DNA of 64,000 nt from the human T2T-CHM13v2.0 reference genome, Homo sapiens. Location of the stretch: assembly GCF_009914755.1 (NCBI RefSeq), contig NC_060933.1; one strand, 5' to 3'. Every line of letters begins with the position of its first letter. Within the stretch, counting starts at the first letter, position 1. Of the stretch, positions 25,101-39,662 are shown one piece after another. The notes under the pieces were generated by a model. It was given only the letters and a program-made list of their open reading frames with translations. It did not search any database and was not told the DNA's origin. Made by a program: the position numbers and the translations under genes.

Positions 25101-28100
25101 TTTTGAAACACTCTTTTTGTGGAATCTGAAAGTGGATATTTGGATAGCTTTGAGGATTTCGTTGGAAACGGGATTACATATAAAACCTAGAGAGAAGCAT
25201 TCTCAGGAACTTCTTTGTGATGTTTGCCTTCAAGTCACAGGACTGAACATTCCCTTTCATAGAGCAGGTTTGAAACACTCTTTCTGTAGTATCTGCAAGC
25301 TGACGTTTCAAGCGCTTTCAGGCCTATGGTGAGAAAGGAAATATCTCCAAGTAAAAACTAGACAGAAGCATTCTCAGAAACTTATTTGCCATGTGTGTTC
25401 TCAACTAACAGAGTTGAACCTTTGTTTTGATACGGCATTTTGGAAACACTCTTTTTGTAGAATCTGCAGGTGGATATTCGGATAGCTTTGAAGGTTTCGT
25501 TGGAAACGGGAATATCTTCATATAAAATCTAGACGGAAGCATTCTCAGAAACTGCTTTGTGATGTTTTCATTCAAGTCACAGAGTAGAATGTTCCCTGTT
25601 ATATACCAGGTTTGAGACACTCTTTCTGCACTACCCGGAAGTGGACGTTTGGAGCGCTTTGAGGCCTATGTTGAAAAAGGAAATATCTTCCCATAAAAAC
25701 TAGACAGAAGCATTCTCAGAAACTTGTTTGTGATGTGTGTATTCAACTAACAGAGATGAACCTTTCTTTTTACAGAGCAGTTTTGAAACACTCTTTTTGT
25801 GGAATCTGAAAGTGGATATTTGGATAGCTTTGAGGATTTCGTTGGAAACGGGATTACATACAAAATGTAGAGAGAAGCATTCTCAGGAACTTCTTTGTGA
25901 TGTTTGCATTCACGTCACAGAACTGAACATTCCCTTTCATAGAGCATGTTTGAAACACTCTTTCTGTAGTATCTGCAAACGGACATTTCAAACGCTTTCA
26001 GGCCTATGGTGAGAAAGGAAATATCTTCAAGTAAAAACTAGACAGAAGCATTCTCAGAAACTTATTTGCGATGTGTGTCCTCAACTAACAGAGTTGAACC
26101 TTTCTTTTGATACAACATTTTGGAAACACTCTTTTTGTAGAATCTGCAAGTGGATATTTGAATAGCTTTGAAGGTTTCGTTGGAAACGGGAATATCTTCA
26201 TATAAAATCAAGACAGAAGCATTCTCAGAAACTTCTCTGTGATGTTTGCATTCAACTCATAGAGTTGAACACTTCCCTTCATACAGCAGGTTTGAAACAC
26301 TCTTTTTGTAATATTTGGAAGTGGACATTTGCAGCGCTTTGAGGCCTATGATGAAAAAGGAAATATCTTCCCATAAAAACTAGACAGAAGCATTCTCAGA
26401 AACTTGTTTGTGATGTGTGTATTCAACTAACAGAGATGAACCTTTCTTTTTACAGAGCAGTTTTGAAACACTCTTTTTGTGGAATCTGAAAGTGGATATT
26501 TGGATAGCTTTGCGGATTTCGTTGGAAACGGGATTACATATAAAATCTAGGGAGAAGCATTCTCAGGAACTTCTTTGTGATGTTTGCATTCAAGTCACAG
26601 AACTGAACATTCCCTTTCATAGAGCAGGTTTGAAACACCCTTTCTGTAGTATCTGCAAGCGGACGTTTTAAGCGCTTTCAGGCCTGTGGTGAGAAAGGAA
26701 ATATCTTCAAATAAAAACTAGACAGAAGCATTCTCAGAAACGTATTTGCGATGTGTGTCCTCAACTAACAGAGTTGAACCTTTCTTTTGATACAACATTT
26801 TGGAAACACTCTTTTTGTAGAATCTGCAAGTGGATATTTGGATAGCTTTGAAGGTTTCGTTGGAAACGGGAATATCTTCATATGAAATCAAGACAGAAGC
26901 ATTCTCAGAAACTTCTCTGTGATGTTTGCATTCAACTCATAGAGTTGAACACTTCCCTTCATACAGCAGGTTTGAAACACTCTTTTTCTAATATTTGGAA
27001 GTGGACATTTGCAGCGCTTTGAGGCCTATGTTGAAAAAGGAAATATCTTCTCCTAAAAACCAGACAGAAGCATTCTCAGAAACTTCCTTGTGATGTGTGT
27101 ACTCAAGTAACAGAGTTGAACCTTCGTTTTGACAGAGCAGTTTTGAAGCACTCTTTTTGTAGAATCTGCAAGTGGATATTTTGATACCTTTGAGGATTTC
27201 GTTGGACACGGGATATCTTCATATAAAATCTAGACAGAAGCATTCTCAGAAACTTCTTTGTGCTGTATGTCCTCAATTAACAGAGTTGAACCTTTGTGTG
27301 GATACAGCATTTTGGAAACATTCCTTTAGTAGAATCTGCAAGTTGATATTTAGATAGCTAGGAAGATTTCCTTGGAAACGGGAATATCTTCATATAAAAT
27401 CTAGACGGAAGCATTCTCAGAAAGTGCTTTGTGATGTTTGCATTCAAGTCACAGAGTTGAATATTCCCTTTTATAGAGCAGGTTTGAAACACTCTTTCTG
27501 CACTACCTGGAAGTGGACATTTGGAGCGCTTTGAGGCCTATGTTGAAAAACGAAATATCTTCCCATAAAAACTAGACAGAAGCATTCTCAGAAACTTGTT
27601 TGTGATGTGTGTATTCAACTAACAGAGATGAACCTTTCTTTTTACAGAGCAGTTTTGAAACACTCTTTTTGTGGAATCTGAAAGTGGATATTTGGATAGC
27701 TTTGAGGATTTCGTTGGAAACGGGATTACATATAAAACCTAGAGAGAAGCATTCTCAGGAACTTCTTTGTGATGTTTGCCTTCAAGTCACAGGACTGAAC
27801 ATTCCCTTTCATAGAGCAGGTTTGAAACACTCTTTCTGTAGTATCTGCAAGCTGACGTTTCAAGCGCTTTCAGGCCTATGGTGAGAAAGGAAATATCTCC
27901 AAGTAAAAACTAGACAGAAGCATTCTCAGAAACTTATTTGCCATGTGTGTTCTCAACTAACAGAGTTGAACCTTTGTTTTGATACGGCATTTTGGAAACA
28001 CTCTTTTTGTAGAATCTGCAGGTGGATATTCGGATAGCTTTGAAGGTTTCGTTGGAAACGGGAATATCTTCATATAAAATCTAGACGGAAGCATTCTCAG

Positions 28101-31100
28101 AAACTGCTTTGTGATGTTTTCATTCAAGTCACAGAGTAGAATGTTCCCTGTTATATACCAGGTTTGAGACACTCTTTCTGCACTACCCGGAAGTGGACGT
28201 TTGGAGCGCTTTGAGGCCTATGTTGAAAAAGGAAATATCTTCCCATAAAAACTAGACAGAAGCATTCTCAGAAACTTGTTTGTGATGTGTGTATTCAACT
28301 AACAGAGATGAACCTTTCTTTTTACAGAGCAGTTTTGAAACACTCTTTTTGTGGAATCTGAAAGTGGATATTTGGATAGCTTTGAGGATTTCGTTGGAAA
28401 CGGGATTACATACAAAATGTAGAGAGAAGCATTCTCAGGAACTTCTTTGTGATGTTTGCATTCACGTCACAGAACTGAACATTCCCTTTCATAGAGCATG
28501 TTTGAAACACTCTTTCTGTAGTATCTGCAAACGGACATTTCAAACGCTTTCAGGCCTATGGTGAGAAAGGAAATATCTTCAAGTAAAAACTAGACAGAAG
28601 CATTCTCAGAAACTTATTTGCGATGTGTGTCCTCAACTAACAGAGTTGAACCTTTCTTTTGATACAACATTTTGGAAACACTCTTTTTGTAGAATCTGCA
28701 AGTGGATATTTGAATAGCTTTGAAGGTTTCGTTGGAAACGGGAATATCTTCATATAAAATCAAGACAGAAGCATTCTCAGAAACTTCTCTGTGATGTTTG
28801 CATTCAACTCATAGAGTTGAACACTTCCCTTCATACAGCAGGTTTGAAACCCTCTTTTTGTAATATTTGGAAGTGGACATTTGCAGCGCTTTGAGGCCTA
28901 TGATGAAAAAGGTAATATCTTCCCATAAAAACTAGACAGAAGCATTCTCAGAAACTTGTTTGTGATGTGTGTATTCAACTAACAGAGATGAACCTTTCTT
29001 TTTACAGAGCAGTTTTGAAACACTCTTTTTGTGGAATCTGAAAGTGGATATTTGGATAGCTTTGCGGATTTCGTTGGAAACGGGATTACATATAAAATCT
29101 AGGGAGAAGCATTCTCAGGAACTTCTTTGTGATGTTTGCATTCAAGTCACAGAACTGAACATTCCCTTCCATAGAGCAGGTTTGAAACACTCTTTCTGTA
29201 GTATCTGCAAGCGGACGTTTTAAGCGCTTTCAGGCCTGTGGTGAGAAAGGAAATATCTTCAAATAAAAACTAGACAGAAGCATTCTCAGAAACTTATTTG
29301 CGATGTGTGTCCTCAACTAACAGAGTTGAACCTTTCTTTTGATACAACATTTTGGAAACACTCTTTTTGTAGAATCTGCAAGTGGATATTTGGATAGCTT
29401 TGAAGGTTTCGTTGGAAACGGGAATATCTTCATATGAAATCAAGACAGAAGCATTCTCAGAAACTTCTCTGTGATGTTTGCATTCAACTCATAGAGTTGA
29501 ACACTTCCCTTCATACAGCAGGTTTGAAACACTCTTTTTCTAATATTTGGAAGTGGACATTTGCAGCGCTTTGAGGCCTATGTTGAAAAAGGATATATCT
29601 TCTCCTAAAAACCAGACAGAAGCATTCTCAGAAACTTCCTTGTGATGTGTGTACTCAAGTAACAGAGTTGAACCTTCCTTTTGACAGAGCAGTTTTGAAG
29701 CACTCTTTTTGTAGAATCTGCAAGTGGATATTTTGATACCTTTGAGGATTTCGTTGGACACGGGATATCTTCATATAAAATCTAGACAGAAGCATTCTCA
29801 GAAACTTCTTTGTGCTGTATGTCCTCAATTAACAGAGTTGAACCTTTGTGTGGATACAGCATTTTGGAAACATTCCTTTAGTAGAATCTGCAAGTTGATA
29901 TTTAGATAGCTAGGAAGATTTCCTTGGAAACGGGAATATCTTCATATAAAATCTAGACGGAAGCATTCTCAGAAAGTGCTTTGTGATGTTTGCATTCAAG
30001 TCACAGAGTTGAATATTCCCTTTTATAGAGCAGGTTTGAAACACTCTTTCTGCACTACCTGGAAGTGGACATTTGGAGCGCTTTGAGGCCTATGTTGAAA
30101 AACGAAATATCTTCCCATAAAAACTAGACAGAAGCATTCTCAGAAACTTGTTTGTGATGTGTGTATTCAACTAACAGAGATGAACCTTTCTTTTTACAGA
30201 GCAGTTTTGAAACACTCTTTTTGTGGAATCTGAAAGTGGATATTTGGATAGCTTTGAGGATTTCGTTGGAAACGGGATTACATATAAAACCTAGAGAGAA
30301 GCATTCTCAGGAACTTCTTTGTGATGTTTGCCTTCAAGTCACAGGACTGAACATTCCCTTTCATAGAGCAGGTTTGAAACACTCTTTCTGTAGTATCTGC
30401 AAGCTGACGTTTCAAGCGCTTTCAGGCCTATGGTGAGAAAGGAAATATCTTCAAGTAAAAACTAGACAGAAGCATTCTCAGAAACTTATTTGCCATGTGT
30501 GTTCTCAACTAACAGAGTTGAACCTTTGTTTTGATACGGCATTTTGGAAACACTCTTTTTGTAGAATCTGCAGGTGGATATTCGGATAGCTTTGAAGGTT
30601 TCGTTGGAAACGGGAATATCTTCATATAAAATCTAGACGGAAGCATTCTCAGAAACTGCTTTGTGATGTTTTCATTCAAGTCACAGAGTAGAATGTTCCC
30701 TGTTATATACCAGGTTTGAGACACTCTTTCTGCACTACCCGGAAGTGGACGTTTGGAGCGCTTTGAGGCCTATGTTGAAAAAGGAAATATCTTCCCATAA
30801 AAACTAGACAGAAGCATTCTCAGAAACTTGTTTGTGATGTGTGTATTCAACTAACAGAGATGAACCTTTCTTTTTACAGAGCAGTTTTGAAACACTCTTT
30901 TTGTGGAATCTGAAAGTGGATATTTGGATAGCTTTGAGGATTTCGTTGGAAACGGGATTACATATAAAATCTAGAGAGAAGCATTCTCAGGAACTTCTTT
31001 GTGATGTTTGCATTCACGTCACAGAACTGAACATTCCCTTTCATAGAGCATGTTTGAAACACTCTTTCTGTAGTATCTGCAAACGGACATTTCAAACGCT

Positions 31101-34100
31101 TTCAGGCCTATGGTGAGAAAGGAAATATCTTCAAGTAAAAACTAGACAGAAGCATTCTCAGAAACTTATTTGCGATGTGTGTCCTCAACTAACAGAGTTG
31201 AACCTTTCTTTTGATACAACATTTTGGAAACACTCTTTTTGTAGAATCTGCAAGTGGATATTTGAATAGCTTTGAAGGTTTCGTTGGAAACGGGAATATC
31301 TTCATATAAAATCAAGACAGAAGCATTCTCAGAAACTTCTCTGTGATGTTTGCATTCAACTCATAGAGTTGAACACTTCCCTTCATACAGCAGGTTTGAA
31401 ACACTCTTTTTGTAATATTTGGAAGTGGACATTTGCAGCGCTTTGAGGCCTATGATGAAAAAGGTAATATCTTCCCATAAAAACTAGACAGAAGCATTCT
31501 CAGAAACTTGTTTGTGATGTGTGTATTCAACTAACAGAGATGAACCTTTCTTTTTACAGAGCAGTTTTGAAACACTCTTTTTGTGGAATCTGAAAGTGGA
31601 TATTTGGATAGCTTTGCGGATTTCGTTGGAAACGGGATTACATATAAAATCTAGGGAGAAGCATTCTCAGGAACTTCTTTGTGATGTTTGCATTCAAGTC
31701 ACAGAACTGAACATTCCCTTTCATAGAGCAGGTTTGAAACACTCTTTCTGTAGTATCTGCAAGCGGACGTTTTAAGCGCTTTCAGGCCTGTGGTGAGAAA
31801 GGAAATATCTTCAAATAAAAACTAGACAGAAGCATTCTCAGAAACTTATTTGCGATGTGTGTCCTCAACTAACAGAGTTGAACCTTTCTTTTGATACAAC
31901 ATTTTGGAAACACTCTTTTTGTAGAATCTGCAAGTGGATATTTGGATAGCTTTGAAGGTTTCGTTGGAAACGGGAATATCTTCATATGAAATCAAGACAG
32001 AAGCATTCTCAGAAACTTCTCTGTGATGTTTGCATTCAACTCATAGAGTTGAACACTTCCCTTCATACAGCAGGTTTGAAACACTCTTTTTCTAATATTT
32101 GGAAGTGGACATTTGCAGCGCTTTGAGGCCTATGTTGAAAAAGGAAATATCTTCTCCTAAAAACCAGACAGAAGCATTCTTAGAAACTTCCTTGTGATGT
32201 GTGTACTCAAGTAACAGAGTTGAACCTTCCTTTTGACAGAGCAGTTTTGAAGCACTCTTTTTGTAGAATCTGCAAGTGGATATTTTGATACCTTTGAGGA
32301 TTTCGTTGGACACGGGATATCTTCATATAAAATCTAGACAGAAGCATTCTCAGAAACTTCTTTGTGCTGTATGTCCTCAATTAACAGAGTTGAACCTTTG
32401 TGTGGATACAGCATTTTGGAAACATTCCTTTAGTAGAATCTGCAAGTTGATATTTAGATAGCTAGGAAGATTTCCTTGGAAACGGGAATATCTTCATATA
32501 AAATCTAGACGGAAGCATTCTCAGAAAGTGCTTTGTGATGTTTGCATTCAAGTCACAGAGTTGAATATTCCCTTTTATAGAGCAGGTTTGAAACACTCTT
32601 TCTGCACTACCTGGAAGTGGACATTTGGAGCGCTTTGAGGCCTATGTTGAAAAACGAAATATCTTCCCATAAAAACTAGACAGAAGCATTCTCAGAAACT
32701 TGTTTGTGATGTGTGTATTCAACTAACAGAGATGAACCTTTCTTTTTACAGAGCAGTTTTGAAACACTCTTTTTGTGGAATCTGAAAGTGGATATTTGGA
32801 TAGCTTTGAGGATTTCGTTGGAAACGGGATTACATATAAAACCTAGAGAGAAGCATTCTCAGGAACTTCTTTGTGATGTTTGCCTTCAAGTCACAGGACT
32901 GAACATTACCTTTCATAGAGCAGGTTTGAAACACTCTTTCTGTAGTATCTGCAAGCTGACGTTTCAAGCGCTTTCAGGCCTATGGTGAGAAAGGAAATAT
33001 CTTCAAGTAAAAACTAGACAGAAGCATTCTTAGAAACTTATTTGCCATGTGTGTTCTCAACTAACAGAGTTGAACCTTTGTTTTGATACGGCATTTTGGA
33101 AACACTCTTTTTGTAGTATCTGCAGGTGGATATTCGGATAGCTTTGAAGGTTTCGTTGGAAACGGGAATATCTTCATATAAAATCTAGACGGAAGCATTC
33201 TCAGAAACTGCTTTGTGATGTTTTCATTCAAGTCACAGAGTAGAATGTTCCCTGTTATATACCAGGTTGGAGACAGTCTTTCTGCACTACCCGGAAGTGG
33301 ACGTTTGGAGCGCTTTGAGGCCTATGTTGAAAAAGGAAATATCTTCCCATAAAAACTAGACAGAAGCATTCTCACAAACTTGTTTGTGATGTGTGTATTC
33401 AACTAACAGAGATGAACCTTTCTTTTTACAGAGCAGTTTTGAAACACTCTTTTTGTGGAATCTGAAAGTGGATATTTGGATAGCTTTGAGGATTTCGTTG
33501 GAAACGGGATTACATATAAAATCTAGAGAGAAGCATTCTCAGGAACTTCTTTGTGATGTTTGCATTCACGTCACAGAACTGAACATTCCCTTTCATAGAG
33601 CATGTTTGAAACACTCTTTCTGTAGTATCTGCAAACGGACATTTCAAACGCTTTCAGGCCTATGGTGAGAAAGGAAATATCTTCAAGTAAAAACTAGACA
33701 GAAGCATTCTCAGAAACTTATTTGCGATGTGTGTCCTCAACTAACAGAGTTGAACCTTTCTTTTGATACAACATTTTGGAAACACTCTTTTTGTAGAATC
33801 TGCAAGTGGATATTTGAATAGCTTTGAAGGTTTCGTTGGAAACGGGAATATCTTCATATAAAATCAAGACAGAAGCATTCTCAGAAACTTCTCTGTGATG
33901 TTTGCATTCAACTCATAGAGTTGAACACTTCCCTTCATACAGCAGGTTTGAAACCCTCTTTTTGTAATATTTGGAAGTGGACATTTGCAGCGCTTTGAGG
34001 CCTATGATGAAAAAGGTAATATCTTCCCATAAAAACTAGACAGAAGCATTCTCAGAAACTTGTTTGTGATGTGTGTATTCAACTAACAGAGATGAACCTT

Positions 34101-37100
34101 TCTTTTTACAGAGCAGTTTTGAAACACTCTTTTTGTGGAATCTGGAAGTGGATATTTGGATAGCTTTGCGGATTTCGTTGGAAACGGGATTACATATAAA
34201 ATCTAGGGAGAAGCATTCTCAGGAACTTCTTTGTGATGTTTGCATTCAAGTCACAGAACTGAACATTCCCTTTCATAGAGCAGGTTTGAAACACTCTTTC
34301 TGTAGTATCTGCAAGCGGACGTTTTAAGCGCTTTCAGGCCTGTGGTGAGAAAGGAAATATCTTCAAATAAAAACTAGACAGAAGCATTCTCAGAAACTTA
34401 TTTGCGATGTGTGTCCTCAACTAACAGAGTTGAACCTTTCTTTTGATACAACATTTTGGAAACACTCTTTTTGTAGAATCTGCAAGTGGATATTTGGATA
34501 GCTTTGAAGGTTTCGTTGGAAACGGGAATATCTTCATATGAAATCAAGACAGAAGCATTCTCAGAAACTTCTCTGTGATGTTTGCATTCAACTCATAGAG
34601 TTGAACACTTCCCTTCATACAGCAGGTTTGAAACACTCTTTTTCTAATATTTGGAAGTGGACATTTGCAGCGCTTTGAGGCCTATGTTGAAAAAGGAAAT
34701 ATCTTCTCCTAAAAACCAGACAGAAGCATTCTCAGAAACTTCCTTGTGATGTGTGTACTCAAGTAACAGAGTTGAACCTTCCTTTTGACAGAGCAGTTTT
34801 GAAGCACTCTTTTTGTAGAATCTGCAAGTGGATATTTTGATACCTTTGAGGATTTCTTTGGACACGGGATATCTTCATATAAAATCTAGACAGAAGCATT
34901 CTCAGAAACTTCTTTGTGCTGTATGTCCTCAATTAACAGAGTTGAACCTTTGTGTGGATACAGCATTTTGGAAACATTCCTTTAGTAGAATCTGCAAGTT
35001 GATATTTAGATAGCTAGGAAGATTTCCTTGGAAACGGGAATATCTTCATATAAAATCTAGACGGAAGCATTCTCAGAAAGTGCTTTGTGATGTTTGCATT
35101 CAAGTCACAGAGTTGAATATTCCCTTTTATAGAGCAGGTTTGAAACACTCTTTCTGAACTACCTGGAAGTGGACATTTGGAGCGCTTTGAGGCCTATGTT
35201 GAAAAACGAAATATCTTCCCATAAAAACTAGACAGAAGCATTCTCAGAAACTTGTTTGTGATGTGTGTATTCAACTAACAGAGATGAACCTTTCTTTTTA
35301 CAGAGCAGTTTTGAAACACTCTTTTTGTGGAATCTGAAAGTGGATATTTGGATAGCTTTGAGGATTTCGTTGGAAACGGGATTACATATAAAACCTAGAG
35401 AGAAGCATTCTCAGGAACTTCTTTTTGATGTTGGCCTTCAAGTCACAGGACTGAACATTCCCTTTCATAGAGCAGGTTTGAAACACTCTTTCTGTAGTAT
35501 CTGCAAGCTGACGTTTCAAGCGCTTTCAGGCCTATGGTGAGAAAGGAAATATCTTCAAGTAAAAACTAGACAGAAGCATTCTCAGAAACTTATTTGCCAT
35601 GTGTGTTCTCAACTAACAGAGTTGAACCTTTGTTTTGATACGGCATTTTGGAAACACTCTTTTTGTAGAATCTGCAGGTGGATATTCGGATAGCTTTGAA
35701 GGTTTCGTTGGAAACGGGAATATCTTCATATAAAATCTAGACGGAAGCATTCTCAGAAACTGCTTTGTGATGTTTTCATTCAAGTGACGGAGTAGAATGT
35801 TCCCTGTTATATACCAGGTTTGAGACACTCTTTCTGCACTACCTGGAAGTGGACGTTTGGAGCGCTTTGAGGCCTATGTTGAAAAAGGAAATATCTTCCC
35901 ATAAAAACTAGACAGAAGCATTCTCAGAAACTTGTTTGTGATGTGTGTATTCAACTAACAGAGATGAACCTTTCTTTTTACAGAGCAGTTTTGAAACACT
36001 CTTTTTGTGGAATCTGAAAGTGGATATTTGGATAGCTTTGAGGATTTCGTTGGAAACGGGATTACATATAAAATCTAGAGAGAAGCATTCTCAGGAACTC
36101 CTTTGTGATGTTTGCATTCACGTCACAGAACTGAACATTCCCTTTCATAGAGCATGTTTGAAACACTCTTTCTGTAGTATCTGCAAGCGGACATTTCAAA
36201 CGCTTTCAGGCCTATGGTGAGAAAGGAAATATCTTCAAGTAAAAACTAGACAGAAGCATTCTCAGAAACTTATTTGCGATGTGTGTCCTCAACTAACAGA
36301 GTTGAACCTTTCTTTTGATACAACATTTTGGAAACACTCTTTTTGTAGAATCTGCAAGTGGATATTTGAATAGCTTTGAAGGTTTCGTTGGAAACGGGAA
36401 TATCTTCATATAAAATCAAGACAGAAGCATTCTCAGAAACTTCTCTGTGATGTTTGCATTCAACTCATAGAGTTGAACACTTCACTTCATACAGCAGGTT
36501 TGAAACACTCTTTTTGTAATATTTGGAAGTGGACATTTGCAGCGCTTTGAGGCCTATGATGAAAAAGGTAATATCTTCCCATAAAAACTAGACAGAAGCA
36601 TTCTCAGAAACTTGTTTGTGATGTGTGTATTCAACTAACAGAGATGAACCTTTCTTTTTACAGAGCAGTTTTGAAACACTCTTTTTGTGGAATCTGAAAG
36701 TGGATATTTGGATAGCTTTGCGGATTTCGTTGGAAACGGGATTACATATAAAATCTAGGGAGAAGCACTCTCAGGAACTTCTTTGTGATGTTTGCATTCA
36801 AGTCACAGAACTGAACATTCCCTTTCATAGAGCAGGTTTGAAACACTCTTTCTGTAGTATCTGCAAGCGGACGTTTTAAGCGCTTTCAGGCCTGTGGTGA
36901 GAAAGGAAATATCTTCAAATAAAAACTAGACAGAAGCATTCTCAGAAACTTATTTGCGATGTGTGTCCTCAACTAACAGAGTTGAACCTTTCTTTTGATA
37001 CAACATTTTGGAAACACTCTTTTTGTAGAATCTGCAAGTGGATATTTGGATAGCTTTGAAGGTTTCGTTGGAAACGGGAATATCTTCATATGAAATCAAG

Positions 37101-37790
37101 ACAGAAGCATTCTCAGAAACTTCTCTGTGATGTTTGCATTCAACTCATAGAGTTGAACACTTCCCTTCATACAGCAGGTTTGAAACACTCTTTTTCTAAT
37201 ATTTGGAAGTGGACATTTGCAGCGCTTTGAGGCCTATGTTGAAAAAGGAAATATCTTCTCCTAAAAACCAGACAGAAGCATTCTCAGAAACTTCCTTGTG
37301 ATGTGTGTACTCAAGTAACAGAGTTGAACCTTCCTTTTGACAGAGCAGTTTTTAAGCACTCTTTTTGTAGAATCTGCAAGTGGATATTTTGATACCTTTG
37401 AGGATTTCGTTGGACACGGGATATCTTCATATAAAATCTAGACAGAAGCATTCTCAGAAACTTCTTTGTGCTGTATGTCCTCAATTAACAGAGTTGAACC
37501 TTTGTGTGGATACAGCATTTTGGAAACATTCCTTTAGTAGAATCTGCAAGTTGATATTTAGATAGCTAGGAAGATTTCCTTGGAAACGGGAATATCTTCA
37601 TATAAAATCTACACGGAAGCATTCTCAGAAAGTGCTTTGTGATGTTTGCATTCAAGTCACAGAGTTGAATATTCCCTTTTATAGAGCAGGTTTGAAACAC
37701 TCTTTCTGCACTACCTGGAAGTGGACATTTGGAGCGCTTTGAGGCCTATGTTGAAAAACGAAATATCTTCCCATAAAAACTAGACAGAAG
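7167..37790 (+). repeat. Run of twelve 15-mer HORs (ten A-B-C-T; A/B-C-C-T at 12271 and 17375)
   Basis: Exact 2552-bp period of unit-start m1 ORFs: 7193, 9745, 12297, 14849, 17401, 19953, 22505, 25057, 27609, 30161, 32713, 35265, then 37817. Confidence 0.93.
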
Positions 37791-39662
37791 CATTCTCAGA
37801 AACTTGTTTGTGATGTGTGTATTCAACTAACAGAGATGAACCTTTCTTTTTACAGAGCAGTTTTGAAACACTCTTTTTGTGGAATCTGAAAGTGGATATT
37901 TGGATAGCTTTGAGGATTTCGTTGGAAACGGGATTACATATAAAATCTAGAGAGAAGCATTCTCAGGAACTTCTTTGTGATGTTTGCATTCACGTCACAG
38001 AACTGAACATTCCCTTTCATAGAGCATGTTTGAAACACTCTTTCTGTAGTATCTGCAAACGGACATTTCAAACGCTTTCAGGCCTATGGTGAGAAAGGAA
38101 ATGTCTTCAAGTAAAAACTAGACAGAAGCATTCTCAGAAACTTATTTGCGATGTGTGTCCTCAACTAACAGAGTTGAACCTTTCTTTTGATACAACATTT
38201 TGGAAACACTCTTTTTGTAGAATCTGCAAGTGGATATTTGAATAGCTTTGAAGGTTTCGTTGGAAACGGGAATATCTTCATATAAAATCAAGACAGAAGC
38301 ATTCTCAGAAACTTCTCTGTGATGTTTGCATTCAACTCATAGAGTTGAACACTTCCCTTCATACAGCAGGTTTGAAACCCTCTTTTTGTAATATTTGGAA
38401 GTGGACATTTGCAGCGCTTTGAGGCCTATGATGAAAATGGTAATATCTTCCCATAAAAACTAGACAGAAGCATTCTCAGAAACTTGTTTGTGATGTGTGT
38501 ATTCAACTAACAGAGATGAACCTTTCTTTTTACAGAGCAGTTTTGAAACACTCTTTTTGTGGAATCTGAAAGTGGATATTTGGATAGCTTTGCGGATTTC
38601 GTTGGAAACGGGATTACATATAAAATATAGGGAGAAGCATTCTCAGGAACTTCTTTGTGATGTTTGCATTCAAGTCACAGAACTGAACATTCCCTTTCAT
38701 AGAGCAGGTTTGAAACACTCTTTCTGTAGTATCTGCAAGCGGACGTTTTAAGGGCTTTCAGGCCTTTGGTGAGAAAGGAAATATCTTCAAATAAAAACTA
38801 GACAGAAGCATTCTCAGAAACTTATTTGCGATGTGTGTCCTCAACTAACAGAGTTGAACCTTTCTTTTGATACAACATTTTGGAAACACTCTTTTTGTAG
38901 AATCTGCAAGTGGATATTTGGATAGCTTTGAAGGTTTCGTTGGAAACGGGAATATCTTCATATGAAATCAAGACAGAAGCATTCTCAGAAACTTCTCTGT
39001 GATGTTTGCATTCAACTCATAGAGTTGAACACTTCCCTTCATACAGCAGGTTTGAAACACTCTTTTTCTAATATTTGGAAGTGGACATTTGCAGCGCTTT
39101 GAGGCCTATGTTGAAAAAGGAAATATCTTCTCCTAAAAACCAGACAGAAGCATTCTCAGAAACTTCCTTGTGATGTGTGTACTCAAGTAACAGAGTTGAA
39201 CCTTCCTTTTGACAGAGCAGTTTTGAAGCACTCTTTTTGTAGAATCTGCAAGTGGATATTTTGATACCTTTGAGGATTTCGTTGGACACGGGATATCTTC
39301 ATATAAAATCTAGACAGAAGCATTCTCAGAAACTTCTTTGTGCTGTATGTCCTCAATTAACAGAGTTGAACCTTTGTGTGGATACAGCATTTTGGAAACA
39401 TTCCTTTAGTAGAATCTGCAAGTTGATATTTAGATAGCTAGGAAGATTTCCTTGGAAACGGGAATATCTTCATATAAAATCTAGACGGAAGCATTCTCAG
39501 AAAGTGCTTTGTGATGTTTGCATTCAAGTCACAGAGTTGAATATTCCCTTTTATAGAGCAGGTTTGAAACACTCTTTCTGCACTACCTGGAAGTGGACAT
39601 TTGGAGCGCTTTGAGGCCTATGTTGAAAAACGAAATATCTTCCCATAAAAACTAGACAGAAG
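37791..39662 (+). repeat. 11-mer HOR variant (B-C-T; lacks A), 1872 bp
   Basis: m1 ORFs at 37817 (B markers) and 38497 (C); the next unit is at 39689. Confidence 0.92.
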
